NCBI GenBank assembly: GCA_951406725.2
Contig: OX597827.1
Span: 16,678,001-16,742,000, forward strand
DNA: 64,000 nt
Direction: 5' to 3'
From: Octopus vulgaris
Lineage: Eukaryota
The translations under genes and the position numbers were made by a program. This document shows, piece by piece, positions 42,586 to 56,452 of the stretch (its first letter is position 1; each line of letters starts with the position of its first letter). The notes under the pieces are model-generated. The model was not told where the DNA came from. It saw only the letters and a program-made list of their open reading frames with translations, and searched no databases.

Positions 42586-43777
42586 ACAACTCTCTTTGGC
42601 CCAGCTAAGCAGACTGGAGCAACGTGAAATAAAGTGTCTTGCTCAAAGACACAACTCGCCGCCGGGAATCAACCTAATGATCTTACAATTTCGAGCCAGT
42701 TACCCTAACCACTAAGCCACGCGCTTTCACACACACACACACACACATTCTTTACAATGTACAAATATATCCGTATAAGTATGTGTGCATGTGTATACAC
42801 ATATACCATAACGTATAGCATATATATTTCATTATAACTATTATAAATATATATATAATAATGGACAAATTATACGTATTCTAGATTATATATATGTGGT
42901 GTCCTGTACTCATATAGGCATGTATATATACATATAGATGTAAGTACGTACATATATGTATGTATATATGCATATGTTTTATTTATTATATTGTTATTAT
43001 ATGACCGAACGCACGCGTTGTTTTCTCTTCTCCAAGTAAGTTTTTATTTGAATAATCATGACGCGTACTCTTACTCTTTACTTGACCTTTCCTCCCTGCA
43101 TGTCTGTCTTCCTCTCTACCTGTCTCTCTCCTTATTTTTTACCCTTTCTGGTTTCTTTTCCTCTCTCTCTCTCTCTCTCTCTCACTCCTCCTCCTCTCTC
43201 TGGCCGTTGACCGGAGTGCTACTAAAATTTCTTTCTGCCCGTGCTTTCAACAAGCCAACATCGACTTCTCTGTCTTCCGCAAGCCGATTTTTCACATGCG
43301 TTCTAACAAATTTTTCCACCGTCTAGGCTTAAAAAAAGCCCTTACTGTTGGTTTCCTTGTCCTGTTATTCTTTATTTGTACTGTTTTTTCTACTGTTTTT
43401 TCTTCATTTGTATTGCTTTTACGTCCTGTTCTTGTCACTTGTTTTACTCCTTTGCAGGAAGGCCTGCTTCGGCCGGGTCGTGTTCTGCCCTTACCTTCGA
43501 AACACGCATTAAGTCGAACCAAGGGCAGCTGATGAAGGGGAATTTTCCTTGTATTGTTGGTCCTGTACTCTGTTTTTTCGTTGTTAAAAAAAGTCCATTT
43601 CCTTGTTTGATTTTATGTTTTCGTTTCTCGTTGTGTTCTACGTTCATTTGTGGTGTCCTGTACTCATATATGCATGTATATATACATATAGATGTAAGTA
43701 TGTACATATATGTATGTATATATGCATATGTTTTATTTATTATATTGTTATTATGTGTATATATATATATATATATC

Positions 43778-44033
43778 ACCGTGATCACCGTGATCGTTGT
43801 TTTAGCCTTCAAATGACGCCATCCCACTGGCTAAGTGAGCAGGCCAACGGAAGAAAGAGTGAGAGAAGGTCGTGGCGAAAGAGCACACCAGGGATCGCCA
43901 CCACCCCCTGCCAGAGTCTCATGGAGCTTTAGGCGTTTTCCTTCAATAAACACTCACAACGCTCGGTCTGGGAATCGAAACCGCGATCCTACGACCGCGA
44001 GTCCGCTGCCCTAACCACTGGGCCATTGCACCT

Positions 44034-44037
<4 letters not shown>
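43778..44037 (-). mobile_element. SINE with family-3 head and a third tail type
   Basis: First ~50 nt of the head match 26730-26780; tail shared with the partial copy at 47600-47830. Confidence 0.8.
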
Positions 44038-44108
<71 letters not shown>

Positions 44109-44395
44109 AAATCTAGGAAACGTATACAATCTATATAGATTATAGCTGATATACATATGTCTTTGTGTCAATGTGAATTGTTTACATTGTGCTTTGGAAG
44201 AGTCATGCTACCAATAATCACATGCACTGAATGCTTTTCACTTCAGATTTATTGTTGCTAAATAATTTACCATAAATTCTTCACCACACATCTGACACTT
44301 TTATACTACTGTGACCTTTTTCAATGAGATCTACCAAATCATTTTAAATGTCATTATAGCGAACAAATGTACGAATGCATATAATTATGTATAAC

Positions 44396-45430
44396 TTGAG
44401 TTGTCAGATAAGTTCGTTCGTTCCTTTCCAATGCTATTTGAATTAAACACCAAAATATTTTTACAGTAGTTTTCTATGTCTTATTCTTATTCTGTTATTC
44501 TTCCTCTACTACTTTAAGTTATCCTCTTTAGAATTTACATATTTTTTTACCTTTTTCGAAGCATCTGATGTGCTTTTTTGACACCTGCGTATCTTCGTTT
44601 TCAATCAAAGTTCAAGAGTTTCCAAAACCGCTCGAGACATTTGTGTTGTATACCGAGGAGGCGGTATTACTGAAAGAAGCGAGATGGAAGATAAGGCGGC
44701 CAGCTGGCAGAAAGGCGGCGAGTTGGCAGAAACGTTAGCACGCCGGGTGAAATGCTTAGCCGTATTTCATCTGCCGTTACGTTGTGAGTTCAATTTCCGC
44801 CGAGGTCGACTTTGCCTTTCATCCTTTCGGGGTCGCTAAATTAAGTACCAGTTACGCACTGGGGTCGATATAATCGACTTAATCCGTTTGCCTTTCCTTG
44901 TTTGTCCCTTCTGTGTTTAGCCCCTTGTGGGCAGTAAAGAAATAGGTATTACTGAAAGAGCTTCACAGAAATGGTTTTCAAATTTCGTGTAGAAGAAATT
45001 CGATCTCGAAGATTCTCTGTGTTGTAGTTGCCTTGACGCGTTATCTTCACGCGATGAGTAAGATACAAAAAAATATCTATGCATTGATGTCACACACCCT
45101 AAAAGAATGCGATAAACTTTAACGCTCTTTATTGCTGCTACTTTGATGAAAATGATGGCTTCATGACAATATGAAGCGGAAGAAAGAATGGCCGTGTTTC
45201 GACAAGCAAGAAATATCTCGAGTTCAGCCAGAGTTGCATCCACGCAAGACAATGGATTCCATTTGTTGGAATTGTGACAGGCTAATCAACTACTAAGCAC
45301 AGGGGATAAAACAAAACACACACGGTCAACGCAGAGCTTTACGTTAAGAGATTGCATCGACTGAACGAGTCTATCCAGCTGAAACGACCTAGCCGGCTAC
45401 GCAGTGCCATTCTGCAGCACGATAACACTC
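44396..45430 (+). pseudogene. Decayed mariner element interrupted by a family-2 SINE (44694-44943)
   Basis: KTARDICVVY..ITERASQKWFSNF..FDLED (HTH) and TVNAELY..LHRLNESIQLKRP..ILQHDN; SINE TSD ggtattactgaaaga at 44663-44677 and 44945-44959. Confidence 0.75.
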
Positions 45431-45688
45431 ACTCTTGTCGATATTGTTGTTGTTGTTGTTAAGGCGGCGAGCTGGCAGAACCGTCAGAACGCTGGGTAAA
45501 ATGCTTATCAGCATTTCGTTCGTCCATCGAGGTCAGCGCTGCCTTTCATTCTTTCGGGATCGATTAAATGAGACTTAACGTCTCCTCGAAATTGCTGGCC
45601 TTGTACCAAAATTTGAAATCATCATTATTATTATGAGTTGTAGTAATAGTAGTGGTAGTCGTAGTCTTAAGTCAGCTCTAATTATATA

Positions 45689-45996
45689 TTGGGTTGGTGC
45701 ATAATTATTGCAGCTTTTTCAACAAATTTTATTTAAAAAAACAATAACAATATTTAACAAAGACATCTTTAAATATCTCACATCTATTCAATATCCCTAC
45801 ATATCTCACATCTATTTTCTTTCCTCCATTTTGCATCCTATCTAAATTAACTATTACTTAACCATCCTCTCACAACGTCTCCGATGAAGGGATATAATTA
45901 ATAAATATCCTGGAAACAGCTGTAAGACCTATCTATCTATAAATGTTCTAATATCTACACACCCTTTGTTTTTTTTATCTCACTCCGCAAAAAATT

Positions 45997-46050
<54 letters not shown>

Positions 46051-46239
46051 CAGGAAGGGTGAAAAGTAAGTAGGCATTAAAAATCGGTAATAAAATCCAT
46101 GACCGTCTGCCAAGCATATGGGAAGCAGTAATTGAAGTAGATGGTGAATATGCTTCGGAATAATCATTTAAAGATGTTTTTGTTACTTGTTGAATAAAAT
46201 TTGTTGAAAAAAAGCTGCAATAATTATGCACCAACACAA
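45689..46239 (+). mobile_element. Internally deleted mariner with TA TSD, carrying a nested PLE pseudo-LTR
   Basis: TIR ttgggttggtgcataattattgcagcttttt / aaaaagctgcaataattatgcaccaacacaa; C-terminal remnant DRLPSIWEAVIEVDGEY at ~46101-46152. Confidence 0.85.
45877..45928 (+). ncRNA. Type-I hammerhead-like motif (CCGAUGA core variant), copy 1
   Basis: gtct CCGATGA a gggatat-loop-atatcct g GAAAC agct GTA agac; palindromic ACAGCTGT; inside a ~210-bp repeat at 45786-45999. Confidence 0.7.
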
Positions 46240-46712
46240 TATAAACCTCAAAAACCAAATCTTTTTTAGAATTTATTTCACAGACATTACACTTATATTT
46301 AAAACTTGGGACTATATCATCCAACGCATCCTTCCTTTTCATGATGCTAAGTTGATATTCTCAGCTACTTCCAGCAGAATTTGGTGTAAATTATCAGCGA
46401 AGTGATGATGAGTTCGATTCTGAGTGATTTCTTTATTTTTGTTTTTATTCACTATTTATTTGACTTTTTATCTCTACACAACAAATACTTTACCTATAAT
46501 CCACTTGACTTTATGAATTTGCAGCATCATATACTTTAGCCGTTTTCCACTTGACTTTATATATCTGCACAACGTATACTCTACACGTTTGACTTTAAAG
46601 ATCTGCACAACGTTTAGTTACTGTTCAGTACTAGGCTAAGTTTAAGTTGAATAAATCATAAACTCCAGTTCCTAAGACAATAAATTGATCGTATAAAAAT
46701 GTGTGTATGAAT

Positions 46713-46778
<66 letters not shown>

Positions 46779-46963
46779 TCACATCGGAATGAGTATATAT
46801 GTTCTTTTACTTGTTTCAGTCATTCGACTGTGGCCAAGCTGGAGCACTGCCTCTAGTCGAACAAATAGACCCCAGGATTTTTATATATATATATATATAT
46901 AATGATGGCAAATGAAATAGTGGTAAGAATGTGCATTGTCCGTTTGACTGGAAAATTCTATAT

Positions 46964-47049
46964 GTGGCTGAAGATTGCTCGACATTTTAAAACTGATGTA
47001 ATACTTACAGTGTTTAATAAAATGAAGTAGCATGAAACAATTGTACTGC
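46964..47049 (+). ncRNA. Type-I hammerhead-like motif with canonical CUGAAGA core
   Basis: gtgg CTGAAGA t tgct...agca t GAAAC aatt GTA ctgc; palindromic ACAATTGT; segment flanked by (TA)n on both sides. Confidence 0.65.
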
Positions 47050-47179
47050 TCTACCTCGGATATACTTGTTGCTTATTTTGATTATAATCACCCAATTTGA
47101 TTTATATGGATAAATACTATACAAAATTCAGGTGCCTTTGACTTAAGTACCATATTCATCCGAATCTAAATTTTGCTGA

Positions 47180-47228
<49 letters not shown>

Positions 47229-47466
47229 TGTTGGATCTTACTCATAAGGTATTGGAATCTTACATTGTGTATGAACTCTATACTTGGAATGACCAATTTT
47301 AAATACCGTTGGATTTTACTCATAAGGTATTGGAATCTTACATATATACCATTCTGCTTAAAAGATGGATCTACAAATTCAATATCCCTACATATCTCAC
47401 ATCTATTTTTTTCCTCCATTTTGTATCTTATCTAAATTAATTATTATTTAACTATCCTCTCACAAC

Positions 47467-47518
47467 GTCTCCGATGAAGGGATATAATTAATAAATATCC
47501 TGGAAACAGCTGTAAGAC
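47467..47518 (+). ncRNA. Type-I hammerhead-like motif (CCGAUGA core variant), copy 2
   Basis: Identical to 45877-45928; inside the repeat at 47376-47590. Confidence 0.7.
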
Positions 47519-47924
47519 CTTCTATCTATAAATGTTCTAATATCTACACACCCTTTGTTTTTTTTATCTCACTCCGCAAAAAATTCTCATATATATATGA
47601 CCGACCAGGTTATCAGATGTTGCAACACATCGCTGGTCACATTGTTTTAGCCTTCAAATGACACCACCCCGCTGGCTAAGCTAGCAGGCCGACAGAAGAA
47701 AGGGTGAGAGAAAGTTGTGGCGAAAGAGTACAGCAGGGATCGCACCCCCCCCCCCCCTGCCGGAGCCTCGTGGAGCTTTACGTGTTTTCGCTCAATAAAC
47801 ACTCACAACGCCCGGTGTGGGAATCGAAATTCAATTCTTTATGCAACACTATACGTATTGTGTGTCTTCTTAGTTCACTTCTCGAGCTGCCTGACGTATT
47901 GATTTATATATATATATATATATA

Positions 47925-48195
47925 AAGAATTGAATTTTCGTCCGTGGAAACCCCATTACGTGCAGGAACTAAAACCTGAAGATTGTGACCGCAGAAGTCC
48001 AGAAGTCCAGAACTCCAAGAAGTTCAGATCTCACTCCATGTGATTTTTACATGTGGGGTTACACAAAGGAGGAGGTGTACATGACAAAACCTCGCACGCT
48101 GGAGGACTTGGAGACACGGATTCAGGAGGTTCTCAACGACATCCCAGACGACGTCCTTCAAAAGGATGTTCATTCCATCCCTGACGTTTTGATGC

Positions 48196-48198
<3 letters not shown>
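47925..48198 (+). pseudogene. Tc1/mariner transposase C-terminal remnant
   Basis: PRSSDLTPCDFYMWGYTKEEVYMTKPRTLEDLETRI. Confidence 0.8.
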
Positions 48199-48242
<44 letters not shown>

Positions 48243-48245
<3 letters not shown>

Positions 48246-50066
48246 GGAGGGGGTAGAATTCACAAAAAGACAAAAGGCGAAGACAGGTGGTGTAGACAAC
48301 AGACAGATGTATTAGTTTAACGCTCGGGAAGTGAAAAAGTCTTTCACGTTTCGAGCCTACGTTCTTCCACAGAAAGGAATGCAGAAAGAAACAAGGAGAG
48401 AAAATAAAGAATGTGTAGTGGCTAGCGATCCACCATGGCAAATGCCGGACAGAAGGGTCGAACTGGAAACCTAGGAAGAAGAGGAGATAATAAAGTAGTG
48501 GTGATCCCAAACCGAAGGTGCGCATGAGTGTGTATAAGATAGTATGTATGTGCGTCTGGAAGAGAGCTGGTGACCTTGACGTGTGCGTGTGTGTATGTGT
48601 AGGTGTGAAGATGTGGGGCTGAGATGTGGTCAGTGTTAATGTGTGCATGGTGGTGTGATGTGTTGTGCGGTATGGTGGTGTAGTGTGTAGTGGTGTGTGT
48701 GTTGTGGTGAGTGTATTGTGGTGTGATGGTGGGGGTGGGGGAGGCGAGAGTTGGGGAAAGTAAGGGTGGGGTGTGGATTAGTCTGAGGGTGGGGGTAGAG
48801 GTGGGGTATGTGGGAGTGGGCGTAAGGGATGGGTTGGGTTGGGATGGGAAGGATAGGGAATGTTGGAATGTGTAGGAATGAGGTGGGTTACAAGGGAGGA
48901 GTGATGATGGTGGGGAGGGAAGGAGAAGGAAAGTAGGAGTGAAGTGAAGAAGTAAGATTCGGAGCAAGAGAGAAGAGGTTGGTAGGAGGAAGTATATGTG
49001 AGGGAGAGAGAGGCGAGTGGAGGAGGTTAGATGAAGAGGAGAGGAGAGTTGAACCCATGTGGAACAAACGAGCGAAGTAAGAAGATTAATCCTTGTTCAC
49101 GGCGCTAACAGGAGTCCGGATGGCCCCTGTGCAAGGACAATCCGAACACGAACAGGTGTTGCAAAGAGTGACCGGTAGAGCGGAAATGGCGCGAAACCGG
49201 GGCGTCATTGCCGAGTCGGATGTCTCGGAGGTGTTCCGCGAACCAGTCAGCCAAGCGGCGTCCCGTTTGCCCGATGTATAGAGAAGGGCAGAGAGAGCAG
49301 GAGATGCAGTAGATGACATTGGTAGAAGTGCAAGTGAAGGAGTCGGTGATGTGATAGTGTCGATGATGGGTGCCGGTGAGAAGGGTGGTGTTGGAGAGGT
49401 AAGGGCAAGTGCAACAGCGTGGGCGGGAGCAGGGGAACGAGCCGGGTTGGGATGTTGGGTTAGAGAAGAAGCTGTGGACCAAAAGGTCTCGTAGGTTGTG
49501 GGCTCGTTTGAAGGAGGGGAAGGGTCGGTTAGGGAAGATGTACGAAGTGGAGTGGTCGGACTGGAGTCGCCGGAAGGCTCGGAGAATGGTGCGTTGGAGA
49601 GGTAGGGTGGTGGGGTGGTAGGTGAGGGGAAATGGAAGGCGGGAGACGGCGGGGCGGCTTTGGGGGAGAGAGCAGATGCACGATCCACAGAACGTGCTCT
49701 GGCAAGGGCGGTGTGGATAGTGGTGTGGGGATATCCATCTAGGATAAAGTGGCGAGCCATGAGTTGAGACTGAGTCTCAAAGTCATGGTCATCACTACAG
49801 AGCCTGAGAAATCGGAGGAATTGGGAATAGGAGATGGAAAGCTTGGTGTATTTAGGGTGGGAGGAAGAGAAGTTGAGGTATGAGAGTGAGTCTGTGTGTT
49901 TGTAGTGGATGGAGGCGGTGAGAGTGGAGTGATGAATGCTGACCGAAATGTCAAGAAAGGAGACAGAGGTGTCAGAGATAGTGCAGAAGTGGAGAGCAGG
50001 ATGGAAAGATTTCACAAAAGAGAGGAAGGAATCTAGTTGTCCGCGGGAGAGTGGGGTCGCACCGAT
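48243..50066 (-). mobile_element. 5'-truncated Penelope-like element (Neptune-type): RT C-terminus, Cys-rich linker, GIY-YIG endonuclease, 3' UTR, pseudo-LTR
   Basis: [41 protein letters not shown]; [40 protein letters not shown]; frameshifted; (TA)n/(TACA)n flanks; hammerhead-like motif at 48341-48376. Confidence 0.9.
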
Positions 50067-50090
50067 TATATACATACATGCATAGATACA

Positions 50091-50279
<189 letters not shown>

Positions 50280-50299
50280 CGAAGTTACAATGAAATATC

Positions 50300-50531
50300 T
50301 GTTTCTTTATTACCCACAAGGGGCTAAACATAAAGGGGACAGACAAGGAGAGACAGACGGATTAAGTCGATTACATCGACCCCAGTGCGTAACTGGTACT
50401 TGATTTATCGACCCCGAAAGGATGAAAGGCAAAGTCGACCTCGGCGGAATTTGAACTCAGAACGTAACAGCAGACGAAATACGGCTACACATTTCGTCCG
50501 GCGTGCTAACGTTTCTGCCAGCTCGCCGCCT
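50300..50531 (-). mobile_element. SINE family 2, full length
   Basis: Reverse complement of 2055-2280. Confidence 0.85.
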
Positions 50532-51216
50532 TAATATCGAGGAGCCTACTATCTATCGCTTCGTAGGCGGCGCTTGAACCTATTAGTCTACACAACAAAA
50601 CGTATTAATTCCCCACTTTTAAATTAGGTATCTACTCTAAATGACTGACGAAGTAGAAATGTATATACACGGCTCTCTACTTCAAATGAACTTTTGACCT
50701 CTACGACATACTCTCATGAATCTAGGGTAATTCGTCATCTTCCTAACACAGTACAGAATCAGGCTTCGACTTTTGATGTCTTACATAACATTATATCACA
50801 TCTTCACGTCTCATCGAGAACTTACCAGAAGAATTATGGATAAATTATGAATTAATGGTTAAAATTTCCAACTTAAACTTTTAACCTCTCCACCACGTCT
50901 CGCTTGCTGTATTAGCAATTCGTCATATAATAAGCGTTGGTGTGTGTGTGTGCATGTGTGCGTGCATGTGTGTGTGCATGTGTATGTGTGTGTGTTGTGT
51001 GTACGTCGTGTTCAAGTATACTTTTGAATATTTGAAGATCTGTATGTGTATGTCAATGTGTGTTGCTTCTATGCATATACACCATAACATTTGCGGACAA
51101 CGATGTGTGCGTATGCTTCACAGATTTACACACACATACACACACACACATATATATGAATATAGATGTATAAAGATATATATCATATATATATATATAT
51201 ACATACACACACACGC

Positions 51217-51283
<67 letters not shown>

Positions 51284-51620
51284 CATATATATATACATAT
51301 GTAAATATATACATACATATGTAAATATATACATATATATGTAAATATACATATACTAATAAATATTTAGTGATACACACACACGTATATATATGTATAT
51401 TTGCATATGTATATTTATATGTGTGCGCGTGTGTGTATGAGTTTATTGGTTAAAGTGCGATGCATGTGTGCCAGTCAATGTGCACCTATGAGTGCGGGCC
51501 TTTGTGTGAGTGTGTGTGTGTGTGTGTGTATGTATGTGCCCGATGACGAGGTATTATATATGTGGCTTCATGTATATGTGCACAGGAGTGAGTAGTACAT
51601 ACATACCTATGTACCTATCT

Positions 51621-51653
<33 letters not shown>

Positions 51654-52792
51654 CACATAGACACACAAACACACACATATACACATAGATGTCTTATATA
51701 TATATATATACATATGTACAAACCCCAATAGTCTCTGTTCTAGATATTTATCTAATTATATAACTCTGCATTGACTTTCAGATAAACCACAAGTAATGCA
51801 CTCGGGAAATACGCGATGCGAGATCGCGTGGAGTGACATTTCTGGACTTTGTCCGGAATTTAATTTGGACCGCTGGATTTATCGTCATCGACAATATAAT
51901 CAGAATATCCTTTGATGCTAAAATCAAGCTCCCGAAAATTACCTCAGGTGATTATCTACTAATCTGGTAGGCCGGCCATCACTATTTAGTACTTGCGTAC
52001 TTTGATAGTTTTTTTTTTCTATTAGGGCCTGGCAGAAAATGGTGACTTTGATTTTTGTTGTCGATATATGCCTCTCTGTCTGTCTGTCTGTCTCTCTCTG
52101 TTTTTATGTGTGTGTACTGTATGTGTGTGTGTATGTGGTGTGTGTGCGTGTGTATGTGTGTGTTTGTAATGTATGTGTGTTTGTGTGTGTGTGTTTGTGT
52201 ATGTGTGTGTATGTGTTGTGTGTGTGTTTGTGTGTGTGTACTGTATGTGTGTGTATGTGGTGTGTGTGTGTATGTGTGTTTGTAATGTATGTGTGTGTGT
52301 GTTTGTGTATGTGTAATGTATGTGTGTGTTTGTGTGTGTATGTGTTGTGTGTGTTTGTGTGTATGTGTATGTGTGTACGGCATGTGTGTGTGTGTATGTG
52401 TGTTTGTATTGTATGTGTGTGTGTGTGTTTGTGTATGTGTAATGTGTGTGTGTGTGTTTGTGTATGTGTGTGTATATGTGTTGTGTGTGTGTTTGTGTGT
52501 GTGTGTTTGTGTATGTGTGTGTATATGTGTTGTGTGTGTGTGTTTGTGTGTGTGTGTATGTGTACTGTATGTGTGTATGTGTGTGTGTTTTCACGGTTAC
52601 TGAAACGAAGTAGCCTCTTCTGAAACAGATTCAGGGAGAGAGAGAGGGGGAAAGATAGATAGACAGATAGAGGGAGAGAAATATAGGGAGAAAGAGATAG
52701 GGAGAAAAAGAGAGAGAGAGAGATAGATAGAGAGAAAAGTTAAGCGGGAAGGGAAATGAGATCACAGAAAAGGAAGTGCGTTTGTATACACA

Positions 52793-52889
<97 letters not shown>

Positions 52890-53175
52890 GCACACACACA
52901 CATAGGCACACACAATTATATATATGCACCTGTGAATGTGCATTCACCAGCATATACATATTTATATACGAAGATATACACGCATACATACGCATGCACA
53001 TAAATATATACATATATAAATACATACATATATACGTACATACATATATATATACATATATACATACATATATATACATGTATATATATGCATATACATA
53101 CATATATGTTTTCGTATGGATATCTATATTCATATATATATATATATATATATAATATATATATATAACATATAG

Positions 53176-53238
<63 letters not shown>

Positions 53239-53612
53239 CATATAAGGGAGAATTCACGAAAAAAAAAAAAACAAAAGGCGAAGACAGGTGGTGTAGAAAA
53301 CAAAGAGATGAATTAGTATAACGCTCGGGAATTGAATACACACACACACATATATATATATATATCATATCATATATACAGGTACATACACATATGCCTA
53401 AGTAGAAAAATATAGATACATGTTGTCAATCAATGTAAGTAATCCTTTCAAAGTGGCTGAGTTTTAATCGTCAGAGAGAGTTTACGATATGTCAAGTTTG
53501 TCTGACGTTAACTACTCGACCAATTCGTGTGTCTTTCAAACTATTAGTAATGTGGATTGACAGGGTTTTTATAATGATATGATGTGTATAAATTAACTCT
53601 ATAAATATTATA

Positions 53613-53995
53613 CTAGCAGTATCGCCCGGCGTTGCTCAGGTTTGTAAGGGAAATAACTATAAAGCATTTTTAGAGATTTATAGCCAAAAAATAGCAAAAA
53701 AATGGAAAAAATGATGGTAAATTTTTTTTTGAGATTTAAAAATGGTGGAGTTGCGTCCCCTAGACAGTTTGTGGTTCGTGTTTCTAATTCTCGACCCCAT
53801 GTCGAATTTATCGATGTTTTTCAGAACTGGGGGAACTTTTCAAAATTTTCGCTGCGTTAGTTTTGGATTATGACATTGGGCTATGTGTGTGTCAAGTTTC
53901 ATCAGAATCGGTTGAAAGCCGTGGTCAGGGTGAGGGTACAAGCAAACAGACACACAGAAACACGCACAGACAAACTGCCGTTTATATATATTATA
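53613..53995 (-). mobile_element. Non-autonomous Helitron-like element
   Basis: Minus-strand 3' end hairpin + CTAG|T shared with 60379; internal and 5' region differ. Confidence 0.7.
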
Positions 53996-55616
53996 TATTG
54001 AGTGCTCTTCACTGTGACATATGAAACTTGCTCGATCACTTACACGTGTCTGCTTATGTGTGCGTGCGTTTTTGTGTGTATGTGTGTGTGTGTGTTTGTG
54101 TCTATGTGCGTGTGTTCGTGCATGCATGCATGCGCATTTCGATGCACAAACAGGAGGAGAACTGCATACACACACATATATATATTTTGCGACAATTTTC
54201 GATTCGCACGACTGCTGTTTCGTACCGGATATAACCTGTTTATGTGAAAAGCTTAGAGCAGTGACTGACGAAAGCATCAAATTCAACATGTGTATCTATG
54301 GGGGAAAAGAATCTTGCATCACAACCATGTAGTCTTGAGTTCAGTTCCACCGTGAGGTACCTTGGGCAGTAGTTTTTGCTATAGTCCCAGTCTAGCAAAG
54401 ACTTGTAAGTGATTTGAAAGCCGGAGGTCTGAAAGACGCCCGTCGTATGTATGTACATGTATACGTTTGCGTGCTAGTATATATATATATAGACGTATGT
54501 GTGTGTGTGTGTTGGGTTTGTGCTTAACCACTGGTGTTGGTTTGTTCGCGTTCTCATCATGTAGCTGACCGGCAGAAATACACCCGTTAGACTAAGTAGC
54601 AAAGTTTGAGACAAATTATTACTGGGGTCAATTTGTTAGACTGAACGTTCCAAGACGGTGCTCCAGCATGGCCTCAGTCAAATGACTGAAGCAAATGAAG
54701 AAATAAACGATAAGAGATGAACAATTATATATATATGTACGTGCATATATACGTACATACATATATGCATACGTACATACATACATGCATATATACATGC
54801 ATGCATACATGCATAGATACACACATGCATACTTGCATGAATACACACATAATACATGCATACATACATAAATGCATGCATACACACTTACATGCATATA
54901 TACATACATGCATGCATACGTATGTACATACATACATGCGTAAAACATACATATATATAAATGCATACATGCATGCATGCATACATGCATGCATGCATAC
55001 ATACATAATACACGCATACAACATGCATACATAGATGCATACACACATACATGCATATATATATATATGCATAGATACATGCATACATACATATATGCAT
55101 GCATATATAAGTGCATGCATGCATACATAAATACGTTCGTACGTACATACATACATACATACATACGTAGATTCATACATACACACATATATCCATACAT
55201 GCATGCATACACACATACATACATGCATACATACATACACGCATACACATATGCATACATACATACATGCATGCATATATACATGTATGCATATATACAT
55301 CCGTGCGTACGTACATACATAAATACATTCAAACGTACATACATACACACTTATATGCATCCATGCATTCATACATGTATACATACGTACATTTACACAT
55401 GAATACATACATACATACGCACATGCATACATGCATACATACATACACACATACACACATACACACATAAATATCTACACACATAGACACATACATAACT
55501 ACGCATATACAGAGATACATACATGTATGCATACATACATGTATGCATACATACATATATACATACATGTGCATACGCATGCATACATAATCACATACAT
55601 ACATTCACACATACAT

Positions 55617-56283
55617 AGAAATACCTACGCAGAACTATTGAGGGAAGAAAATACCTATGCTGAACTATTGAGGATCTACAGCTAGTCTATCCAGATTACA
55701 AGTTCAGGTTTATATCTGTAATTATTGGGACACTGGTATATGAATCATAATGCCGAAATAGCAATCTTGAGAAAGTAGGCTTCTCAAAACCAGAAAGGAG
55801 TAAGGTGATTCGAAGGCTACAGATCCAAGCCATCACTTGGACAGTGAAAATCTGTGAAACTTCCCAGATGCTTATTATTTAAGTATGTATGAGCATGTCT
55901 AGATATACAACTATGGACATGAGAATACATAAATAAATCAAAGCATACAAATCTGCACATATGCATACATACATGCATACATACGTACGTACATGCCTAC
56001 ATACATATGTACATACATACATACATACATACATACATACATACATACATACATACATACATACATACATACATACGCCATGATAGATCGCTAGCCACAA
56101 CACATTCTTTATTTTCTCTCCTTGTTTCTTTCTGTGTTCCTTTCTGTGGAAGAGCGTAGGCTCGAAACGTTAACAACTTTTTCACTTCCCGAACGTTATA
56201 CTAATTCACCTGTTTGTTGTCTACACCACCTGTCTTCATCTTTTGATTTTTTTTGTGCATTCTCCCTACATACATGCATACAT

Positions 56284-56316
<33 letters not shown>

Positions 56317-56452
56317 TAAATACATACACACATAAATACATACATACATATGCTGTTGATGTTGAAATTCCAATGGAGAAGCCTTGGATCTTGGTTAGAA
56401 ACCAGCTCTTTCTCTACTGGTAAGAAATCTTGAAATAAAACTGAATAATGAC
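55617..56452 (+). pseudogene. 3' end of an R4/Dong-type LINE in (CATA)n, with a nested PLE pseudo-LTR
   Basis: ENTYAELLR..LVYPDYKFRFISVIIGTL..LEKVGFSK..IRRLQIQAITWTVKICET, homologous to the end of 1689-4337; assignment of 56350-56452 as its 3' UTR is inferred. Confidence 0.6.
56077..56268 (+). mobile_element. PLE family-A pseudo-LTR with hammerhead-like motif at 56140-56175
   Basis: Reverse-complement match to 48250-48440; a partial copy also lies at 53243-53335 (-). Confidence 0.75.

Noticed and set aside
43490-43550. GAAAC..GTC..CTGATGA as a type-II hammerhead (CTGATGA also at 20579 and ~34875 minus)
   Set aside because: Stem I cannot form between GTC and CTGATGA, and no GAAA follows the downstream hairpin
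56365-56412. Hairpin followed by GAAACC as another hammerhead
   Set aside because: No CUGANGA-like core and no valid stem I
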